Of a stretch of 64,000 nt of DNA, positions 48,729-58,976 are shown one piece after another. The notes under the pieces are model-generated. The model did no database searches, was not told where the DNA came from, and was given only the letters and a program-made list of their open reading frames with translations. The number at the start of each line of letters is the position of its first letter. The stretch's first letter is position 1. Both the position numbers and the translations under genes were made by a program. The stretch spans positions 124,001-188,000 of IMG/VR virus record IMGVR_UViG_3300028384_001500; one strand, 5' to 3'.

Positions 48729-50816
48729 TTATTCAACACCGTATTGAAAACTTACATTTTTATCAGAAAAGTTTGCCGGACTTACTTCAAAAAAGTTTTC
48801 ACCTATTCCGTTAGGGCTAGCAAAGTTTTGTAATTTAATGTTGACAACTTGATCTTTTTGATTATCGACGTTAATTAGCTGCATTTTATACCTAGCTTTT
48901 TTAGGATCAATTGCTAATAAACCTAAATCAATTTCAGAAACTAGCTCGTTATTTAGATTGTTTAACCTCTTGTACTTGGTCACTTTATAATGATCCGGAT
49001 CTAAAAATACATTAATTCTATCATAGCCACTTACTTTTATACAGTCTTCAAAAGCGTCAACATTTAAAAGAATATTAGGGTAAGGCTTAGGGGCACCTTC
49101 CCTACTAATGACTTTTCTATGAACTCTATTTGTATATCTATCTCTTTCAACTTGAAGCTGAGGCCCATAATTAGAACTCATTCCGTGTGCATCGACACAA
49201 GCAACAGTATATATTGGTTTTTCTCCTTCTTTATGAGTCATATCGACAAAAGAAAGCCTAGGACCGTCCAATGTTTCTATACTTTCATCAATTGCAATCT
49301 CTGAAACTCCGCCTTTTATAATAGAATCGTCAAAGTTGTACTCTTTTAAAAGTGTAAAAGGTTGACTGGTGCTAAATCTTTTAAATATTTGAAATCGCTT
49401 AATGTCTCTCTGCTTATTTAGCGGAAATTGCCAAGTTATTCTAGGTTTAATGACATCAAAGTCAAAAGTAATCCTCATTGAATTAGGAGGTGGTGGAGGT
49501 ACTTTTTCAACGCAAGTTACGCCTGCCAATACGCCTTCAGACGCCATTAACATTGTAGCCAGCACATTTTGATTTAGTGAGCTGTCATCTTTATGTTCAC
49601 TGCTAGCAATTACTTTAACGGAACACAAACTTCTAATTTTATAAAAATAACTACCACCGTACCTTACATCATTATCAATCGCATATGTTGAACTGTGACC
49701 TTGAATAAAAAGACGATTAACAAAATTAACAGATTCATTAGGGAGTATTTCATATTTTTCAATGATATATCCAACAAACTTAATCTCTGGGAATTTCTTT
49801 ATGAATTCATTAATAAAACTCTGAGGCCCGGAAATTTCTTTTTGAGAAATTGCATCAACTTGCAAGTCATAATCAGCCTCTCCAAAAGTATTTGCCGGAG
49901 GAATAGAAGAAAGAATCTCAGACTTAATATCTCTAGAAAATTTTTCTAAACTTCTAATTTCGTCTTGGTAAACGTTGTCAGGAACTATAGTTGAATTTGA
50001 AATGACGTCTGCCATTAAAAGATTATTAAATTGAACAGAAAAAGATTGTTTTCCGATTGGGTCATTTGCAAAGTTGGCAATTTCTGGAGAGACGTCAGAA
50101 GGAGCCAAAGTATAACCCTCAGAAGCCATATTTGTCATAGCTTCAACAATTAGCTTCTTATCTGTACCTTCAAGCCCTCCCTTGTCTTTAAGAGTTGAAT
50201 GCAAAAGTTCAGCTGATTCTTTTTGCGATAATCTTTCTGTTGGTAAGTCATAAAAAAACGCTGACCCCTTGAGAATAGAATAGATATTTGATTCTTTTCC
50301 TGTGTCTATTAATTCTACACCTGTAAATATCTCTGACGAGGTTGTTCCTTCTGCAACGATTTTATTTAAAGAGTTTTGAAAATCAAAGTCTAGCTGATTG
50401 ATTGGTATTGTGTTTATTAGGCTATTTTCGACTTTAGGCGGCTTAATTTCAATTTTAACGTATCTTGGTAATTTTTTATTTTTTACCTGATGAAATATAT
50501 CTGCTGTATTACTTGCGTCTAAACTAACTAGTCTTTCGTTAAAGTTTTCTTTTCCATTTCTTACTCTTTCATCTCTAGTAAAATAATTATAAACAAAAGT
50601 TGCTTTTGCTGAAACAATTTCTGGTAAGTTTATTTTATCAGCTGGCCTACTAGTAAACGTGTCATAAGGCGTTGCCTTAGATCCGTAATTTTCTAATGCC
50701 AGTGCAACCAAGTCTTTCTCTAAATTATCAACAGTGCCTGCTATGCTAGGAGGTAAAACTTTTGCCTCACCTAAGTTTGAATTTACAGCTAATGTTTTGC
50801 TAAAATAAGTACTCAT
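48729..50816 (-). CDS. Putative virion structural protein with Fn3/Ig-like folds
   Basis: DNDVRYGGSYFYKIR, PPPPP linker, ITWQ, YTVACVDAHGMSS. Confidence 0.55.
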   Translation of the reverse strand: MSTYFSKTLAVNSNLGEAKVLPPSIAGTVDNLEKDLVALALENYGSKATPYDTFTSRPADKINLPEIVSAKATFVYNYFTRDERVRNGKENFNERLVSLDASNTADIFHQVKNKKLPRYVKIEIKPPKVENSLINTIPINQLDFDFQNSLNKIVAEGTTSSEIFTGVELIDTGKESNIYSILKGSAFFYDLPTERLSQKESAELLHSTLKDKGGLEGTDKKLIVEAMTNMASEGYTLAPSDVSPEIANFANDPIGKQSFSVQFNNLLMADVISNSTIVPDNVYQDEIRSLEKFSRDIKSEILSSIPPANTFGEADYDLQVDAISQKEISGPQSFINEFIKKFPEIKFVGYIIEKYEILPNESVNFVNRLFIQGHSSTYAIDNDVRYGGSYFYKIRSLCSVKVIASSEHKDDSSLNQNVLATMLMASEGVLAGVTCVEKVPPPPPNSMRITFDFDVIKPRITWQFPLNKQRDIKRFQIFKRFSTSQPFTLLKEYNFDDSIIKGGVSEIAIDESIETLDGPRLSFVDMTHKEGEKPIYTVACVDAHGMSSNYGPQLQVERDRYTNRVHRKVISREGAPKPYPNILLNVDAFEDCIKVSGYDRINVFLDPDHYKVTKYKRLNNLNNELVSEIDLGLLAIDPKKARYKMQLINVDNQKDQVVNIKLQNFASPNGIGENFFEVSPANFSDKNVSFQYGVE

Positions 50817-50827
50817 TAATCATTCCT

Positions 50828-53800
50828 TTATTTGTCAAAGTCATCTGGAAGTAAAGAAACTGTAACAGAATAATTATATACTTCCGGAAAATTTTCATTA
50901 ATTGATCTTGCATATTTCAAAATGGAAGAGTCTTTAGACTGACTCACACCAGCTACGTCTCTTAAATTAATTAAATTTTCATAAGCTCTACTAACTTTAT
51001 CAGGTCTTTGAATTTTACTGGTAATGTGATGACTAATAGGATCATCAAATATTTTAAAATTTGAGTCAAGTATAAAGTCTTTTTCGTTAACTAAGATTGA
51101 ATACACTTTATCGAAAGACTTAGGTGAGATAACCTTTTTAAACCTATTTTCAAAAGAAAAAGGCAAAGACTGCTTAAGTATCTTTGTCAATCTAAAGACT
51201 TCACTTTTTAACTGAATATCAGACTCTGTGTTTGGATATAGTTTGCTTAAAAGTTCTAAGACCCTTAAGTATTCATCAGATATGTTTGCACCCAATGAAC
51301 TTTCAGAAGTCATGTTAAAATTTATAGGTTGGGGCAGTAATAAAAAACTGTCTTCGTCAAAATTTAGACCGGTCGTTAACTTAGAGTACTCTTTTAAGAC
51401 ATAGTCAAACAAATGATTAATTAGCAAGTCTTTGTTTTTAAAAGCTTTTCCTGTGCCTACTTTTCCTGATCTTCCAGGTAAACCTGCCAACAAAGCTTTA
51501 CCAAATCCTTTTTTTGTATTTTTAATTAGTCCACCACTTTCATTAATAAAAACCCTAGAAACCTCCAGACTATTAAGAAGTTGATTAAATGTCATATCGT
51601 CTCTAAAATCTTTTAGATGCGATGATAATTCAAAATTATTAGGATTATAATCTAGTATGTTGGCACTGACGTCAAATACAAAGTTTTTTGGAAAAAAGCT
51701 ATATTCCGGATAAAAATGGCTTTTCTTGTAAACACTAATACAAATAAAATTGCTATCTAAGTACCTAATATCATCTGTTTCTTGAAAAGCATTAAGTCGC
51801 AAAGATGATATCATTGAGTTTGTAATTCCTACATTTAATATTGATTTACTACCTCTTTTTTCACTTTTTAAGAAGCCGTAACCTTGCTCACTTAATACTT
51901 TGCCCACCAGTCTATTCTTTTTTGCCAAAAATCTTATGTCTTTAGGAAAAAGAGACTCACTATTAGTTTCATAATTCTTTTGAAAAGAAGCTAGCATTAG
52001 GCTTGCTGTATCATCATTATTTAGAGTCAAAGAATCTTCGTACACTTTTAACTTTTTTAGAGAAGATATTGCTAATAATGTCTTCTTAGGTATTGTTTTT
52101 TCACCTATGCTGGACACACTTCCTTCTATTGTATTAAGCGCATAAGATTTAGACTTCTCTAAAGAGTTTGCATGAATATTAAATAATGAAACACAGTCTC
52201 TTATTCTTTTTTGTCTTATAAAAACGCGCTTGTAGAGGTCGTTAACAATATTTTTTGCAGAATCATAAGCTTCTTTCCCACCTGAAGACTCAAAAATATT
52301 GTTTAGTTCGTTTCCACGAAGTGCAGCAATAACAGCTTTTATTTGATTACTGTGTACTCCTAATGTTAACCCTCCATCGTCATCAGTTTTAGCCGTTGCT
52401 TGCAGCGTTAGTTTTAAAAGATTGTGAACATAAGAAAACCAAATTAAAGATCTTTGCACAGCAGAAAACTGAACTATTGACCCGGTAACGGCTGGGTTCT
52501 TTTTACCTCTAATTTTATCATCTTTATTTTCATCTTTAACAAAAAAAGAATTAATTCTTTCTTCTCCACTAGGTGTCCTATAAGGTATTGATCCTTGTTT
52601 TCCTACTGCTTCTGATAAATTGCGATTTTCACCTAAAATAATTTTTTTAATTGAATTTCTAAATAAAGTGTAAAAACCGTAACCTTTAGTGTTTGCAGAG
52701 TGATTATACCTGTAATTCCTTATTGTTCTTAAGCGTGCTCCTGGTGCAAAAGTTTCAGAGAAAACATTGTCTAATTTATTGTGATTCATTTTAATTTTTA
52801 GATTAGAATTACTCTTATCATCAACAGTGCTATTTAAGTATTTCCCTTGATTAATTGCACCACTAACTTTATTTTTATTAGTTAAGTCACCATCTTCTGC
52901 AAGTACAACTTTAAACTTTTCATTTGAATTGTGAAATTTTCTTTTTCCTACACCGCCATTTCTATAATCAATGTTGCAAATATCTTTTAAAAAGTAATCT
53001 GCCAAGTCTTCACAGTAGTATTGCACAAATGCTGCAATCGTTTCAAAAACTTTTTCGGTCGGTGTGTTTCCTAAATCTTCTCTATTAATAATGCTTCTTT
53101 CATTGTCATTATTTTTTTGTCGGTTGCCTATATCAAAAACAAATCCCCAAAACATACTAGCAAAAAGCTTTGTCATTTTATCAGGTGGAAGATCAGATAA
53201 GAATATTGACAAGAGTGGTATTTTGCTAATTTTTCTGTCATCATAATCTTCTAACATTGCTTTTAAATCGTCAGCCAGCGCATTATTCATATCTTGCAAA
53301 TAAGTGACAACTGAATTATTTTTAAGATAGCTGAAATTTGTCATTCCTTTGGTGCTATTTAAGGCCACCTGACTATCTGGAATCATTGTGAGAATGTCAG
53401 ATTGCAATGATTTTGATAATGACTTATAAGTAGAAGTAAAGTTATTAATATCAGAAAAGTCTATGTTGTTGTTAGTGTTGTTAGAAATGCCTGACGCAAC
53501 TATAGGGTTTTCAATAAAAAACTGAGTCGCCGGAATCAATCCTTTGCCATTTTTGTTCACTTCTTTTTTTGTCGACTCAATCGGAGAATAAAAAACACTG
53601 TTGTTAATTTCTGAAGACCCTGCCTGATTTTTTTCTTTTACACCTGCTATCTGTGCACCAAATATTCCAAACCCTTGTAAACTTTCATTAAAATCAGGAA
53701 GCCCTGTCCTTTGGATGTTATTGTCATCATTATCTACGCTTATTATGCTGTTTGGTACCCCTAAAACATCGCTAAGATAACTTCTAATTAAACCAGGATT

Positions 53801-55099
53801 GTTTGATCCGTAGTTGTTTCTTATCTGCAACTTACTGTTTACATTGTTAGTACTACAAACAAAGCTAATGTAATCATACGATAACGCAGCTAGCAGCTCA
53901 TTAATACTCGTAGTTTTATCAGAAACAGAATCACCTGCTGCATCAGATATTTTACCAAATACAGAATTTAAAAATGAATATGACATTGGTTTATGATCAA
54001 TTTGCAAACCTAGAGTTTTATATTCGTTGCTTAGTCCAGATTTTGCACCTGCAAACATACTTCTTAAATTAATTTGCTTAAGCTCAGATATGGCCTCTTC
54101 TAGATCACCCTCAATTCCATATCTAATTTCTCCCGGATCAACTTCTAAATAACCGTCATCTAAAGATGTTGCAGTTTCTAAGACAGTGCTAGAATCTTTT
54201 AACAATATTAAGCTGGCCAGTTGGGACAATGTATTTGCAAACATATCAGTGTCAGAGTTAAGCCCAGATCGATATAGGCTTAATAAACTCTTAGGGATAT
54301 TTGATTCATTATTAAGTAATGTCTCAGCTGAAGCGTATGCACGCTTAAGTGCATTTTCATCAAAAGCATTTGCTTGATCAAATGATTCGTTTTTATAAAA
54401 ATTTTCTATGGACCAAACAGAAGACAAATATTCGTCAATTGATGAAACCCTACCCACATACTTAATAATTTCCTCAATTATGTTTTCATAGATAATATAC
54501 TCTATCATTCCTAGAAAAAACGGGTGATTTGTATTTCTATTTACAATATCTTTTGTACTTTGCGTTGCTTGTTCTTTTAAGGATGTGGTTATATTTTTAA
54601 AAGTTTTCTGTATATCTTCGTCAGCGTCGTTATCAAAATTTAAAGCTACTATATTTTTTACTTCTTGGATAAAAGATTTTTCACTTAACTCTGGATACAT
54701 TTTATTTAAAACTAATTCAGCAGTTTGAATTATATATTCCCTTATTTGGCGATGAAGCTCCATCAATCTTGCAACATTAGTTACAGACACCTGTTTTCCA
54801 TCACCTAAATTATAATTTATAGTATTTTTATTTGTATCGTCTAGATCACCAGTTGCAAAAGGAATGAATTCAGAAATGCCGACAATTTCAGATCTTAACA
54901 TATTTAGGCCTTTACTTTGGAGCCTAACATATCTTACTGTTGTGTCTTCATCAGTAAATGCGATAGCGCCTTCTTTTGTTTGGGGTGGGCGATCTTGATA
55001 CTCTTTAAGCGATACTATCATTTTTCCCATTGAGGCTGGAATTTTAACTTCCTGATTTGTACTTAAACTAATTTTTGATTTATTAAGTTTTAATGGCAT
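50828..55099 (-). CDS. Large hypothetical protein, probably virion-associated
   Basis: 1423-aa uninterrupted ORF in the tail/baseplate operon. Confidence 0.6.
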   Translation of the reverse strand: MPLKLNKSKISLSTNQEVKIPASMGKMIVSLKEYQDRPPQTKEGAIAFTDEDTTVRYVRLQSKGLNMLRSEIVGISEFIPFATGDLDDTNKNTINYNLGDGKQVSVTNVARLMELHRQIREYIIQTAELVLNKMYPELSEKSFIQEVKNIVALNFDNDADEDIQKTFKNITTSLKEQATQSTKDIVNRNTNHPFFLGMIEYIIYENIIEEIIKYVGRVSSIDEYLSSVWSIENFYKNESFDQANAFDENALKRAYASAETLLNNESNIPKSLLSLYRSGLNSDTDMFANTLSQLASLILLKDSSTVLETATSLDDGYLEVDPGEIRYGIEGDLEEAISELKQINLRSMFAGAKSGLSNEYKTLGLQIDHKPMSYSFLNSVFGKISDAAGDSVSDKTTSINELLAALSYDYISFVCSTNNVNSKLQIRNNYGSNNPGLIRSYLSDVLGVPNSIISVDNDDNNIQRTGLPDFNESLQGFGIFGAQIAGVKEKNQAGSSEINNSVFYSPIESTKKEVNKNGKGLIPATQFFIENPIVASGISNNTNNNIDFSDINNFTSTYKSLSKSLQSDILTMIPDSQVALNSTKGMTNFSYLKNNSVVTYLQDMNNALADDLKAMLEDYDDRKISKIPLLSIFLSDLPPDKMTKLFASMFWGFVFDIGNRQKNNDNERSIINREDLGNTPTEKVFETIAAFVQYYCEDLADYFLKDICNIDYRNGGVGKRKFHNSNEKFKVVLAEDGDLTNKNKVSGAINQGKYLNSTVDDKSNSNLKIKMNHNKLDNVFSETFAPGARLRTIRNYRYNHSANTKGYGFYTLFRNSIKKIILGENRNLSEAVGKQGSIPYRTPSGEERINSFFVKDENKDDKIRGKKNPAVTGSIVQFSAVQRSLIWFSYVHNLLKLTLQATAKTDDDGGLTLGVHSNQIKAVIAALRGNELNNIFESSGGKEAYDSAKNIVNDLYKRVFIRQKRIRDCVSLFNIHANSLEKSKSYALNTIEGSVSSIGEKTIPKKTLLAISSLKKLKVYEDSLTLNNDDTASLMLASFQKNYETNSESLFPKDIRFLAKKNRLVGKVLSEQGYGFLKSEKRGSKSILNVGITNSMISSLRLNAFQETDDIRYLDSNFICISVYKKSHFYPEYSFFPKNFVFDVSANILDYNPNNFELSSHLKDFRDDMTFNQLLNSLEVSRVFINESGGLIKNTKKGFGKALLAGLPGRSGKVGTGKAFKNKDLLINHLFDYVLKEYSKLTTGLNFDEDSFLLLPQPINFNMTSESSLGANISDEYLRVLELLSKLYPNTESDIQLKSEVFRLTKILKQSLPFSFENRFKKVISPKSFDKVYSILVNEKDFILDSNFKIFDDPISHHITSKIQRPDKVSRAYENLINLRDVAGVSQSKDSSILKYARSINENFPEVYNYSVTVSLLPDDFDK

Positions 55100-55103
55100 G
55101 CTT

Positions 55104-57875
55104 TTACTCTATAATTTGTGCTGTTACTAGTCTTGGTAACAATATTCTTCCCGACTTAAGAAAAGGAACAACATAGTATTCTATTACGCCTTGTGCACCT
55201 GCGTGTTCAATTAAGTAAGAATAGCTTTTAGTTCTTTGATAATTGTCATTACTATGCGCTGCTCCATCTAAATATACATTGTTTCCTTCTTTAATAAAAA
55301 CTGCATAAAAATCAACGACTGAATCACCCTCAACGTCAAAGCTTAAATCATAGTATTTTTTTGTAATAGAATTATAGGATTCTCTTTCAATTAAGGCGTG
55401 TTGAATTTCTAATATATCTCCGTTTAATAAAGTAACATCTGTTCCTGAAGTACTTCTATTACTGCCTCCCACTTCAATATAAGCTATGTCACCTGTGGAA
55501 GAGTCAGCAAATATGTCTGCACCGTTATTTTGAACTATTTTCTTAGGGTCTCTAATTAAGCCTTTTTTGAAAACTTGTCTGTCATTAAACTTGTTTCTTT
55601 TTGCTGAGAAAACTTTATCGTTTCTATTTCTTGCATTTGATCTTGCAGCAGCTGAGACAAAATTAACAGACTTTGATATCGTATATTTTGCGAGAGAGTT
55701 TAATTGTGCATTAATACTATCAATTGCTTCGCTAGCTGGTTTAACTCTAGGTATTAGTTTATAAGTAACATCAGACAACAAAGGAGCCTCTTTATCTTCA
55801 AAAAAGCACATTCCTGATTCATTAGCAGTTACTTTTCCTATTGTTTTAGAGTCACCTGTGTCGTTGTCGATTCTTTGTATTTCAATAGAATAAACTAAAC
55901 CTTGCGCATCTTTTACTTTTTTAAGTTCATCACTAAATATGTCAAAAAGGTTTCCAAACATGTTTTTAATGACTTTATCTATTTCATTTTCAATTTTTTC
56001 AATTTTAAAACTTATCGATATGCTTCTCGTAGGTTGTTCAAAGACATCTCTAGTAAAACTTTCTAAACTATCAAAAGACTCATCTATAACATTAGTGTCA
56101 GATATTAATACTGTCTCAGTTCTGGCTTCAAACTTTTCGATAAAATAGTCTGAAGCCAATTTTCTTTCTCCGTTTGACATTATACATTCTACAACATACA
56201 TGTATGCTTTTCCCTCAAAGACATCACTATCAAAAAAGCTAATATTTTGTTTTCCTGAGGTTTTTTCTAGATAACTAAAGTCGTTATTATTTCCTTCCAA
56301 ATCTTTAGTTGTTAAAAGTTTGCCTTTTGCTGATCCCTTAAATCTGTATTTTTTTAAACAAACAGCAGCTATATTTTCTGATATATCGTAAATATTAACA
56401 TTAAATCCACGCCCACTTTCATCAATTTTTGCAATTAATTTTAAACTTGGAAAGTTCAAAGATCTTCTATTTCCTGACATGCTTTTACTTGATATTGACT
56501 TTGAATTTTGATATTGCTTGTCTCTGTAATTTAATGTTGATCGATAGAATATTGATGATGACCTATTAAAGTTAATAGGTTGTCTAGGGTTAGCATCTAC
56601 AACCCCGTCATTTAAAGTAGCAGTGTTTTTTGGAAAAACACCTATATTGCTAGCTATTTTTTTATAAAAAGAATCTAGCTTACCTTGTGATCTATTAATA
56701 GTTTTAGCTTCAATGTCAATACTTGCATAGTTTTTATTGTCTAAGTTAGAAACTGTGAGTTTAGAAACACCTGTAGGTTTTCTTAAAGTTGAAAGTTTAA
56801 CAATAGTACTTTGCTCTTTTACTTGGTCAGTTAGCGCTTTGACGCTAAAAGGTACAGATTGAGCTTGAATATTTAAACCGCCTAATGATTTAGCTATAAA
56901 AAGAATATAACCGTTTTTTCCAATTTTTAGCAGTTCGTCCTTACTAATAGAACCTACTATTTCAATAATTTTATAATTCTCAGTTTTTTCTACTTTACTA
57001 AATTGATATTTCTGACCAGATAAAAGATTAATCTCTTCAACAAGAGTGTTGTTTATGTCTTTAAAAAATGCCGGAACTTTAATTGTTGTATTTTTAATTC
57101 CTTTTCTTTCTTGATTAAAAGACCTTTTACCTATCGGATTTTCGTAATATCTAATAGGATCGATATCACTATCAATTAAATTATTGTACGTGTTTAAAAA
57201 AGTATCTAAATTAGATCCTCGAGATCTTTTAATATTTTGATCTATTCTGTCGTCCAAAGATTTAATTTGTAGAACTTTTTTATTACTACTTAAAGTATTT
57301 GTTAGTTTTGCGCGAGCAATATTAAAAGATCCAATTTTTTTTGCGCTTTCATATATATCGTTGTTTTTTGATAGCATAAAATTAGCGCTGTTTCTAGAAC
57401 TTCTAACTAGTGCTTTAGTATCTAAAATTACTTTTGAATTGACTCCAGATGTCAACCTGTTCTTATTAGATATTTTGTTTTTTTCTTTTTTTTCTCTTGC
57501 TCTTCGCCTTCTCTCTTTTCTTCTTTGTTGTCTTTTTGATGATTCTAAAAATGACTTAGTTGTATTATCTTTTGTTTGAGCGTCAACTTCTTTATCAAGA
57601 ATATTAGCGGCAACGACATTTGTCTGAGTCATTTTTCCTAATGTTCTGTAATAAGATAAATCTTTTGAAGATAAACGTGCATCAATTTTTTCACATTCAA
57701 CTTCATTAATGGTATCAAGATTAATTCTGCAAAATAATTTAATAGTCAGTATTGACTTATCTCTACCATCTCTGTCTTTTACAATGTTTTCTTTAAGAAT
57801 ACGTGGCTGCAACTTGTCATTGCTATTTTCGTTTGCTAAAATTTTATATTTTTTAATTGGGTTTCTAATAAACAT
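55104..57875 (-). CDS. Large hypothetical virion protein with Fn3-like segments and a basic patch
   Basis: FFDSDVFEGKAYMYVV; KRQQRRKERRRRAREKKEK. Confidence 0.55.
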   Translation of the reverse strand: MFIRNPIKKYKILANENSNDKLQPRILKENIVKDRDGRDKSILTIKLFCRINLDTINEVECEKIDARLSSKDLSYYRTLGKMTQTNVVAANILDKEVDAQTKDNTTKSFLESSKRQQRRKERRRRAREKKEKNKISNKNRLTSGVNSKVILDTKALVRSSRNSANFMLSKNNDIYESAKKIGSFNIARAKLTNTLSSNKKVLQIKSLDDRIDQNIKRSRGSNLDTFLNTYNNLIDSDIDPIRYYENPIGKRSFNQERKGIKNTTIKVPAFFKDINNTLVEEINLLSGQKYQFSKVEKTENYKIIEIVGSISKDELLKIGKNGYILFIAKSLGGLNIQAQSVPFSVKALTDQVKEQSTIVKLSTLRKPTGVSKLTVSNLDNKNYASIDIEAKTINRSQGKLDSFYKKIASNIGVFPKNTATLNDGVVDANPRQPINFNRSSSIFYRSTLNYRDKQYQNSKSISSKSMSGNRRSLNFPSLKLIAKIDESGRGFNVNIYDISENIAAVCLKKYRFKGSAKGKLLTTKDLEGNNNDFSYLEKTSGKQNISFFDSDVFEGKAYMYVVECIMSNGERKLASDYFIEKFEARTETVLISDTNVIDESFDSLESFTRDVFEQPTRSISISFKIEKIENEIDKVIKNMFGNLFDIFSDELKKVKDAQGLVYSIEIQRIDNDTGDSKTIGKVTANESGMCFFEDKEAPLLSDVTYKLIPRVKPASEAIDSINAQLNSLAKYTISKSVNFVSAAARSNARNRNDKVFSAKRNKFNDRQVFKKGLIRDPKKIVQNNGADIFADSSTGDIAYIEVGGSNRSTSGTDVTLLNGDILEIQHALIERESYNSITKKYYDLSFDVEGDSVVDFYAVFIKEGNNVYLDGAAHSNDNYQRTKSYSYLIEHAGAQGVIEYYVVPFLKSGRILLPRLVTAQIIE

Positions 57876-57877
57876 GC

Positions 57878-58933
57878 TTAATCCATTACGATTGTAAATA
57901 TATTGACAAATGTGGGCGTATTAAAATCATCTAAAAAAGTTTTACCTACGTAGAATATTTGCTTTTGAATTCTTCCATTTTCATCTGATTCATCTTCAAA
58001 TATTCCTGCGTCAACTATATCCAACTTTTGCATTGTTGGCCCTAAAGAATCTTCAAATAGCTGAATTAAAAGATTGTTTTCTGTTGACGTTTTGTTAAAC
58101 CTTATAGTTTTGTTTTCTTTTTTAGACTGCTTAATATTAGGAAGCTTCCCATTGATAAGTAGCTTTCTACTCTTTTTATTAATGCCTATTGCATTTTTTC
58201 TGATATCATTGTCATTTCCAAGAGGTGACATGTCTGATTCGCTAAAAACTTCATAACCAATTCTAGCCTTAATATCATCCCATGTTTCTCTTGATCTAGA
58301 TCTGATATCTGTATATGTACCATAGTTTGATCCATCTGTATTTACGGGAGGTAAAAACTGAAAATTTTCTAAGTGTGTAAGTTTTGGATCAATAAAAAAA
58401 GGATCAGCTTTATTAACATTTATTGTTTCTTTATAAGGGCTGCCGCCAAAAGGTTGCTCGTTATTGATTGTAAAAACTATCTCTGTATTATCAACTTCAA
58501 ATTCATTGTTGTCTCTTTTATCGTTTGTCCCTATGAAGTAATTTTTTTTAAAATGATTAAGCGAAGTGTCTAAAACAGAATTTTGCCCCACATCAAAACT
58601 ACTGCCTGTTACAGCATTTAAACTTAGCTTTTGCGCGTTATTAGTGTCTTTTAGAAAAATATTGTTCCCAACAATAGATCCAGTCGGCGAAAAGTTAAAA
58701 CTTATTAATTTTCCACTGTCATCTTTTTCTAAAACTATTGAGTTTTCTGGTCTTTCCATTACTTCAAAATAAAGTCTTTGTGATATATCATCTTTATGTG
58801 ATTTGTCGTAAAATGCATTGCAGTCTGAAAGTGAAGCAAACTCAGCTTTAAGCTCTCCCGCAGCAATTTGGCGCTTACCTTCTTGTGTGACAACTAAGTC
58901 TATGAATCTTGTTTTTTTATCTAGAATTCCCAT
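57878..58933 (-). CDS. Baseplate structural protein, N-terminal paralog of 47945..48670
   Basis: MGILDKKTRFIDLVVTQEGKRQIA vs MGFLDHSTNNIIVDAVLTDAGRRALA. Confidence 0.6.
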   Translation of the reverse strand: MGILDKKTRFIDLVVTQEGKRQIAAGELKAEFASLSDCNAFYDKSHKDDISQRLYFEVMERPENSIVLEKDDSGKLISFNFSPTGSIVGNNIFLKDTNNAQKLSLNAVTGSSFDVGQNSVLDTSLNHFKKNYFIGTNDKRDNNEFEVDNTEIVFTINNEQPFGGSPYKETINVNKADPFFIDPKLTHLENFQFLPPVNTDGSNYGTYTDIRSRSRETWDDIKARIGYEVFSESDMSPLGNDNDIRKNAIGINKKSRKLLINGKLPNIKQSKKENKTIRFNKTSTENNLLIQLFEDSLGPTMQKLDIVDAGIFEDESDENGRIQKQIFYVGKTFLDDFNTPTFVNIFTIVMD

Positions 58934-58950
58934 ATTTGTTTCCTGTTAAC

Positions 58951-58960
58951 TATAACTATC
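58951..58960 (-). promoter_or_regulatory. Putative late promoter GATAGTTATA
   Basis: 17 nt upstream of ATG 58933; matches the recurrent motif. Confidence 0.55.
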
Positions 58961-58976
58961 TTGCCTATAAAAAACC

